Part shown: piece after piece, positions 58,567 to 64,000 of the stretch
Layout of the letters: every line of letters begins with the position of its first letter
Numbering within the stretch: the stretch's first letter is position 1
Source of the DNA: Bacilli bacterium
GTDB lineage: Bacteria > Bacillota_I > Bacilli_A > RF39 > UBA660
DNA: 64,000 nucleotides
Reading direction: 5' to 3'
Assembly: GCA_017515795.1 (NCBI GenBank)
Contig: JAFWEE010000008.1
Span: 6,549 to 70,548 of the forward strand
Translations under genes and position numbers: made by a program
The notes under the pieces: model-generated
Seen by the model: only the letters and a program-made list of their open reading frames with translations
Databases searched by the model: none
Told to the model about the DNA's origin: nothing

Positions 58567-59451
58567 TTACTCTTCTTCTTTTAAACCAAACTCAGTTAAA
58601 TATTTATCTCTATCTCTCCAGTTATTTACAGTTTTAACTAAAAGATCAAGATAAACTCTTTTATTAACTAGGTTTTCTATATCTTTTCTCGCATCTATTC
58701 CAATATCTTTTATCATAGATCCATTATGACCTACAAGTATTTTCTTTAAAGAATCTCTTTCTACTATAACTAATGCATTAATATGCACGCTAGTTTTATT
58801 TTCTTCAAAATTTTCTACTACTACAGTAACTGCATGAGGAACTTCTTCATTTGTTTTTCTAAGAACTTTTTCTCTTATTAATTCCCCAACTAAGAATCTA
58901 GTAGATTTATCTACATATTCATCTTCATCATATATTCTTTCGCCTTCAGGTAAGTATTCCTTTATAGTTTTTATTAATTCCTCTATATTCTTCTCTTTTA
59001 AGGCCGATACAGGAATGATTTCATCAAACTTATATAATTCATTATATTCATTAATTATGCCTATTAAATCCTCTTTTTTAATTAGATCTACTTTGTTAAT
59101 AATTAAGAATACTTTTTTATTAGCTTCTTTAATTTTTTCTAGTACAAATTCATCTCCAGAACCTAGTTTTTCTTTAGCATTTACCATAAATAATACTAGA
59201 TCTGCTTCATCAAGTGATGAATAACTAGATTTATTAAGTATTTTACCTAACTTAGATTTAGGTTTATGAATACCAGGAGTATCTAAGAATACTATTTGAC
59301 TATCTTCATCATTATAGATACCTCTTATATTATTTCTAGTAGTTTGAGGTTTATCTGATGTAATAGCTACTTTTAACCCAATTAAAGCATTAGTTAAAGT
59401 AGATTTACCGACATTTGGTCTACCTACTATTGAAACATATCCTACTTTCAT
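58567..59451 (-). CDS. era: GTPase Era
   Basis: 294 aa; GRPNVGKSTL, DTPGIH, NKVD; C-terminal KH domain. Confidence 0.95.
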   Translation of the reverse strand: MKVGYVSIVGRPNVGKSTLTNALIGLKVAITSDKPQTTRNNIRGIYNDEDSQIVFLDTPGIHKPKSKLGKILNKSSYSSLDEADLVLFMVNAKEKLGSGDEFVLEKIKEANKKVFLIINKVDLIKKEDLIGIINEYNELYKFDEIIPVSALKEKNIEELIKTIKEYLPEGERIYDEDEYVDKSTRFLVGELIREKVLRKTNEEVPHAVTVVVENFEENKTSVHINALVIVERDSLKKILVGHNGSMIKDIGIDARKDIENLVNKRVYLDLLVKTVNNWRDRDKYLTEFGLKEEE

Positions 59452-59837
59452 AATAAATCCTCACTATCAAATGGATAAGGGCATAATTCTTCTACTGTAT
59501 ATTTTTTATAATCTCCAGTATTAGAATAAAAATATAATAATGCGTCTTTATCAAATAATTCACTAATTACTTGTCTACATGCAAAACAACTAGTACTAAT
59601 TCTATTACTATCTAAACATAAACAATGTAATTCTTTAAAATCACCTTTTTTATATCCATTAGAAATAGCACTTAATATAGCGCTTCTTTCTGAACATATA
59701 GATGATCCATATGCAGCATTTTCTACATTTACTCCCTTAAATTCCATACCATCTTTCATAACTACTATAGTAGCCACTCTAAAGTTAGAATATGGACTAT
59801 AAGAATTTTTAGCAACTTCTTTTAGTTTTTCTATCAT
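59448..59837 (-). CDS. cdd: Cytidine deaminase
   Basis: 129 aa; CSERSAI and SCFACRQV zinc motifs. Confidence 0.92.
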   Translation of the reverse strand: MIEKLKEVAKNSYSPYSNFRVATIVVMKDGMEFKGVNVENAAYGSSICSERSAILSAISNGYKKGDFKELHCLCLDSNRISTSCFACRQVISELFDKDALLYFYSNTGDYKKYTVEELCPYPFDSEDLL

Positions 59838-59838
59838 A

Positions 59839-60282
59839 TTAATCCTTTCTTGTTACTCCAAAACTATTTAATATTTCATCTTGAAGAGAAAACATTACTT
59901 CTTCATCTTCTTTATTCATATGATCATAACCATTTAAATGAAGAAAACCATGAGTTAATAAGAAACATAATTCTCTTTTTAAACTATGGCCATATTCATT
60001 TGCTTGTTCTTTAGCTCTATTTAAGCAAATATAGATTTCTCCTAAACATCTTTCAGGCATTTCTATAGATTCATTATCCTCTAAAGCAAATGATATAACA
60101 TCAGTAATAGAATCTTTTCCTCTATAGTTTTTATTTAATTCTCTTATTTTATCTTCATCAACTATTATTACATCATAAGAAACATTCTTTTCTTTTAAAT
60201 ATTTGGGCAAATATTTAGATAATTTTTCTAAAGTATTTAATTCCTTTATTTCTTCATTAGTTAAATTAGTAATTGTAATCAT
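59839..60282 (-). CDS. ybeY: rRNA maturation endoribonuclease YbeY
   Basis: HGFLHLNGYDH metal motif; ATG at 60282 is preferred (RBS GGGGGA). Confidence 0.92.
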   Translation of the reverse strand: MITITNLTNEEIKELNTLEKLSKYLPKYLKEKNVSYDVIIVDEDKIRELNKNYRGKDSITDVISFALEDNESIEMPERCLGEIYICLNRAKEQANEYGHSLKRELCFLLTHGFLHLNGYDHMNKEDEEVMFSLQDEILNSFGVTRKD

Positions 60283-60893
60283 CTTAAAATCCCCCATAGA
60301 CTTGTTTTAAAGTATAATATTCCAAGAATTATTATAAAAACAATAACTAATATATTTTTTATATAATTCTTTTGAAATATAGCAAATTTATGTTCCAAAA
60401 TATATACTACTAAAAATATTAAATAACCAAGAATACAACCACCTAGATTAAGGATAATATCATCTATATCAAATGTTCTTCCTATTAAATATTGAGTTAT
60501 TTCGATAGTTAAAGAAGCTATTATTGATATTATTATAATTGCAAATGGTTTTTTAGATTTAAGTATAGTAGATACAAAATATCCAAAAGGAACAAATAAT
60601 AATATATTACCTACTACATTATGAATAAAATATGATGAAAAAACTTGATATCTAGTTATTTCTCTAAATGGAATAAAATTATTAGTCCCATAATTATTAT
60701 CTTCAAATGTAACTACATAAAATAAACATAATGAATATACTATAAATGCAAATAAAAATAATTCTTTATAAAACACAAATTCTTTTCTATTTACAATTAA
60801 ATATGCAAGTCTAATAGATATAATAACTATTGTAAATATTATCATCATTGGATAATTTGCTTTTATAGCACTTAATAATGTATCTTGTATCAT
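60279..60893 (-). CDS. VanZ-like family membrane protein
   Basis: 204 aa; about 5-6 TM segments; IEITQYLIGRTFDIDDIILNLGG motif. Confidence 0.8.
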   Translation of the reverse strand: MIQDTLLSAIKANYPMMIIFTIVIISIRLAYLIVNRKEFVFYKELFLFAFIVYSLCLFYVVTFEDNNYGTNNFIPFREITRYQVFSSYFIHNVVGNILLFVPFGYFVSTILKSKKPFAIIIISIIASLTIEITQYLIGRTFDIDDIILNLGGCILGYLIFLVVYILEHKFAIFQKNYIKNILVIVFIIILGILYFKTSLWGILR

Positions 60894-60953
60894 ATTATTT
60901 TCCCTTTTCTTCTAATAATATTTTATCACAATTTAAGCATTAAAAAAAGAGAA

Positions 60954-61148
60954 TTAATCTCTTTCTCTTGCTTGTCTTTTTCTACTATTCTTAATACCAG
61001 CTTTTTTAGCTTCTCTTCTTTGAATACCTGGTTTAGAATAATGTTCTCTCTTTTTAAATTCTGAAGGAAGTCCACTTTTAGCAACTTTTTGTTTGAATTT
61101 CTTTAGTGCACCATCAACATTGCCATTTTTTACTACTACTTTTGTCAA
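60954..61148 (-). CDS. rpsU: 30S ribosomal protein S21
   Basis: KREHYSKPG and basic tail. A TTG start at 61148 (RBS GGGAGGG 7 nt upstream) gives about 64 aa; the ORF-track ATG at 61166 would bury the RBS in the coding sequence. Confidence 0.85.
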   Translation of the reverse strand: MTKVVVKNGNVDGALKKFKQKVAKSGLPSEFKKREHYSKPGIQRREAKKAGIKNSRKRQARERD

Positions 61149-61206
61149 TTTTGTCCCTCCCTTCATTCAAGAACTACACTGATTATATCACTATAATATT
61201 GTAATT

Positions 61207-62502
61207 TCAACATTTTTTTATTTTTTCTACTTCAAAATACTCATTATTATAACTAATTAACTTAACTTTATATATTTCATTAGTAGAATTTCCATCTAAT
61301 TTAATCCTAGCAAACCCATAATTAGTCAAATGACCATATATATAATTATCTATTATAGTTTCTGTTAATAGATATTCCTCTGATCCTACTAGGGAAGAAT
61401 AATAAGAGTACTTTAATTTATTTGATAACTCTATTAGAGTTTTAACTCTTTCTTTTTTTATTTGTTCTGGTACTTGATTATCCATTTTAGCAGCAGGAGT
61501 ACCTTCTCTAGGAGAATATGGAAACACATGTAATTCGGTAAAACCTATTTTTTTAATGGATTCTACTGTTTCATTAAATAATTCATCAGTTTCTCCAGGG
61601 AAACCTACTATTACATCAGTAGTAATAGCTATACCAGGTCTAATAGATCTAATTTCATTTATTTTATTAATAAACTCATCCATGTTATATCTTCTATTCA
61701 TAGTTTTTAAGATAGCATTAGAACCACTTTGAAGAGGTATATGAATATGATTAACTATTTTCTTTGAGTTCTTTAAAACATTCATAAATTTATCATCTAA
61801 TTCAACTATTTCAATTGATGATATTCTAATTCTTTCTAGTCCATCTATCTTTTCTATTTCAGAAAGTAAATCACTAAAATCATAGTTATCTAAATCTTTA
61901 CCATAATGGCCTGTATGAATACCAGTTAAAACAACTTCTTTATATCCATTATGAGCTAAAGTAGTTATTTCTTTTATAACTAAATTCTTAGGTTTAGATC
62001 TAACATTACCTCTAGAGTACGGAATTATACAATAAGTACAATAATTATTACATCCATCTTGAATCTTAACAAATGCTCTTGTATGATTCTCAAATTTATC
62101 TAGATTCATATCTTCAAACTTAATATCTTTTAAATCAAATACTCTAACTATTTGTTTTTTATTAGTTTTATATTCCTCAATTAGATCTAATATTTTAGAT
62201 TTATTATTAGTACCTATAACAATAGATACTCCAGGTATTTTAGAGACTTCTAAATACTTTATTTGAGAATAACAACCCATTACTATTACAATAGCATTTT
62301 CTCCTCTTTTAACAGCTTCTCTAATCATTTTTCTACTTTTAGAATCAGCTGTATTAGTAACAGAGCAAGTATTAATTACATATACATCTGCTTTTTCATT
62401 AAAAGGTACTATTTCATAACCATTATTCTTAAACATTTCTATATTTACTTCAGTTTCATAACTATTTACTTTACAACCTAAAGTATAAAAAGCTGCTTTC
62501 AT
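61207..62502 (-). CDS. mtaB: tRNA t6A37 methylthiotransferase MtaB (radical SAM)
   Basis: FYTLGCKVNSYE N-terminus; radical-SAM CNNYCTYCIIP; TRAM-like C-terminus; ATG at 62502 is preferred (RBS AAAGGAG). Confidence 0.85.
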   Translation of the reverse strand: MKAAFYTLGCKVNSYETEVNIEMFKNNGYEIVPFNEKADVYVINTCSVTNTADSKSRKMIREAVKRGENAIVIVMGCYSQIKYLEVSKIPGVSIVIGTNNKSKILDLIEEYKTNKKQIVRVFDLKDIKFEDMNLDKFENHTRAFVKIQDGCNNYCTYCIIPYSRGNVRSKPKNLVIKEITTLAHNGYKEVVLTGIHTGHYGKDLDNYDFSDLLSEIEKIDGLERIRISSIEIVELDDKFMNVLKNSKKIVNHIHIPLQSGSNAILKTMNRRYNMDEFINKINEIRSIRPGIAITTDVIVGFPGETDELFNETVESIKKIGFTELHVFPYSPREGTPAAKMDNQVPEQIKKERVKTLIELSNKLKYSYYSSLVGSEEYLLTETIIDNYIYGHLTNYGFARIKLDGNSTNEIYKVKLISYNNEYFEVEKIKKC

Positions 62503-62549
62503 AATAACTCCTTTTTTCATAAAAAAATATTCTATATATTTTAGAATAT

Positions 62550-63083
62550 TTAGTCAACTCTAATAGAATATTTTTTTAATATAGATATTATTCTAGAAGA
62601 AGACATACCTCTATTCTTTATTACATCTTTACCAGATGATAATAAAGGCATTAATTCTTCTTTTTCATAATTAACATAGTATAAATATTTAGAAGGTCTT
62701 TCTGTTTTTACAGTTCTTCTATAGTATTTATCTTTTAGATTACCAATAAACATATTTAGATAACCTTTATCTTTTTTAGTTATTTTTTCAATCTTATTTG
62801 ATGTACTGTTCTTAATATCATCTAATTTTTCATTATAAGTTTTATCACCATATGATACATAATTATATGTATATATAGTTCCATCATTAGTTAAATATTT
62901 TCCACGAATCTCATTGTCTTCAATTGTTTCTACAAAGAAAACAATTTCTTTGGCATCTAAATTTTCATTAATAACATCAACACTTTTAATAAAATAGTTT
63001 TCTAATGCATTAAATGCATATAAAACTAATATTATTATAAATAATGCTATTAAAAAGTATTTAAATAACTCTCTTTTTTTCAT
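62550..63083 (-). CDS. Hypothetical membrane-anchored protein
   Basis: N-terminal TM segment; ATG at 63083 is preferred (RBS TAGGAG); no motif recognised. Confidence 0.6.
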   Translation of the reverse strand: MKKRELFKYFLIALFIIILVLYAFNALENYFIKSVDVINENLDAKEIVFFVETIEDNEIRGKYLTNDGTIYTYNYVSYGDKTYNEKLDDIKNSTSNKIEKITKKDKGYLNMFIGNLKDKYYRRTVKTERPSKYLYYVNYEKEELMPLLSSGKDVIKNRGMSSSRIISILKKYSIRVD

Positions 63084-63105
63084 AATTACTCCTAAAAAAG
63101 TGATC

Positions 63106-63759
63106 TTATAGACCACTTCTAAATTCTTTAAGTCTTCCTAAAAATTCATTTTCTGTATCTTCTTCTTTTTCTTCTTTTTCTACACCATATATAGGAGATA
63201 CAAATGTAGAAGGTCTAAACATACCATTATTATATACTTTTTCTTCTATTTTCTTTTCTATTTCTTTATTAACTTCTTTTTTTGGATAAACTACTTGTTG
63301 AACACCTGCTTTTTTACATAATTCACCATAACTAATAATAGCATTCTCTTCTTGTTCTCTTTCAAAATCAGTTAAGTCAAATTCTTCTTGTGAACCTATA
63401 TTCATCATTTCTACTAATATTTCATCAATATCAGATACTGATTCATCTAAAGTTTCTATTTCTTCCATTTCTTCTTTAACAGATGTATTATAATTTTCAA
63501 TTATTTCTTCCTTAGTCTCAGTTTTTTCTATAATAGGTTCTACTTTCTTTACTTCTTCTTTTTCTTGTTTAATAAATTCTTCATTTATTTCTTTATCTAT
63601 TTTTCTATAATGCTTTTTAGCTTTTATTTTAGATATTATATTCATTACTAAATTATATAAACCTATTATAATTAATAAGGCAATTATGACTAAAATAATT
63701 ATTATTAATAATTTGTTGCTTCTATCTAAATTTGAATACATGTAAATAATATTTTTCAT
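63106..63759 (-). CDS. Hypothetical membrane-anchored acidic protein
   Basis: 217 aa; N-terminal TM segment; E/K-rich linker; RBS GAGGGTGA. Confidence 0.6.
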   Translation of the reverse strand: MKNIIYMYSNLDRSNKLLIIIILVIIALLIIIGLYNLVMNIISKIKAKKHYRKIDKEINEEFIKQEKEEVKKVEPIIEKTETKEEIIENYNTSVKEEMEEIETLDESVSDIDEILVEMMNIGSQEEFDLTDFEREQEENAIISYGELCKKAGVQQVVYPKKEVNKEIEKKIEEKVYNNGMFRPSTFVSPIYGVEKEEKEEDTENEFLGRLKEFRSGL

Positions 63760-63899
63760 AAGTTCACCCTCTATTAATATGTCTAAACTAATAATATCAT
63801 AATTTATAAAAAAAATACTATAAATTTTACATTTTTTGTAAAAATATTTAATTTACTTATGTAAAGCATATATGATATAATCAATTTAGGTGATAAATA

Positions 63900-64000
63900 A
63901 TGAATAATGAAAACTTTTCAGATGATTTTTTTGAAGCAAATAATGATAATATTTTTAATGAAGAAAGTGTAGAAATAAAAGAAGATAAAAAAGTATCATT
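63900..64000 (+). CDS. 5' end of a CDS running off the window (product unknown)
   Basis: ATG at 63900 preceded by RBS AGGTGA and an extended -10 TGATATAAT (63882-63890); open for 33 codons (MNNENFSDDFFEANNDN...). Confidence 0.5.
   Translation, partial: MNNENFSDDFFEANNDNIFNEESVEIKEDKKVS

Noticed and set aside
63825-63843. 7-bp inverted repeat TTTTACA-n5-TGTAAAA in the divergent promoter region; its half-site resembles the XRE operator
   Set aside because: It is composed almost entirely of A/T, so it is plausible by chance in this composition. Its spacing differs from the 18288-18308 operator, so it gives no support for a shared regulator

Overview
Very AT-rich (by eye about one quarter G+C; not computed), gene-dense core-chromosome segment of a low-GC Bacillota-type bacterium. 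It uses the standard genetic code: TGA is seen as a stop. I call about 60 CDS, and almost all are housekeeping. From 17.5 kb to 63.8 kb nearly everything is on the minus strand. Gene order matches well-known Bacillus subtilis blocks: hisS-(6S RNA)-yrvM/tcdA-yrvN/rarA...trmU/mnmA; alaS-yrzL-yrrK/ruvX-yrzB-yrrL/mltG-yrrM/trmR-yrrN-yrrO; ylbN-rpmF; sepF-divIVA-ileS; ybeY-cdd-era-recO-glyQS; rpsU...mtaB. I found no rRNA, tRNA, CRISPR array, transposase, prophage or recognisable defence genes. The non-coding content is a probable 6S RNA upstream of tcdA and four T-box leaders (Val, Ala, Ile, Gly). I do not see a clear-cut new multi-gene system. The observations most worth a second look are listed here. 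(1) The Gly T-box has an ultrashort Stem I in which the GGA specifier sits in a 7-nt hairpin loop. (2) In the Ile and Gly T-boxes the terminator stem encloses the antiterminator and competes with Stem III rather than with the antiterminator. (3) The Val T-box operon places an HD hydrolase and an HExxH protein ahead of valS. (4) The Ala T-box drives cmk plus a short (577 aa) AlaRS that lacks the C-Ala domain. (5) A ThyA-fold enzyme carries two insertions of about 80 aa each. (6) An orphan 506-aa/158-aa/XRE-regulator island interrupts conserved synteny. All protein-family calls rest on motifs I could read in the supplied translations. No database search or RNA folding was run.
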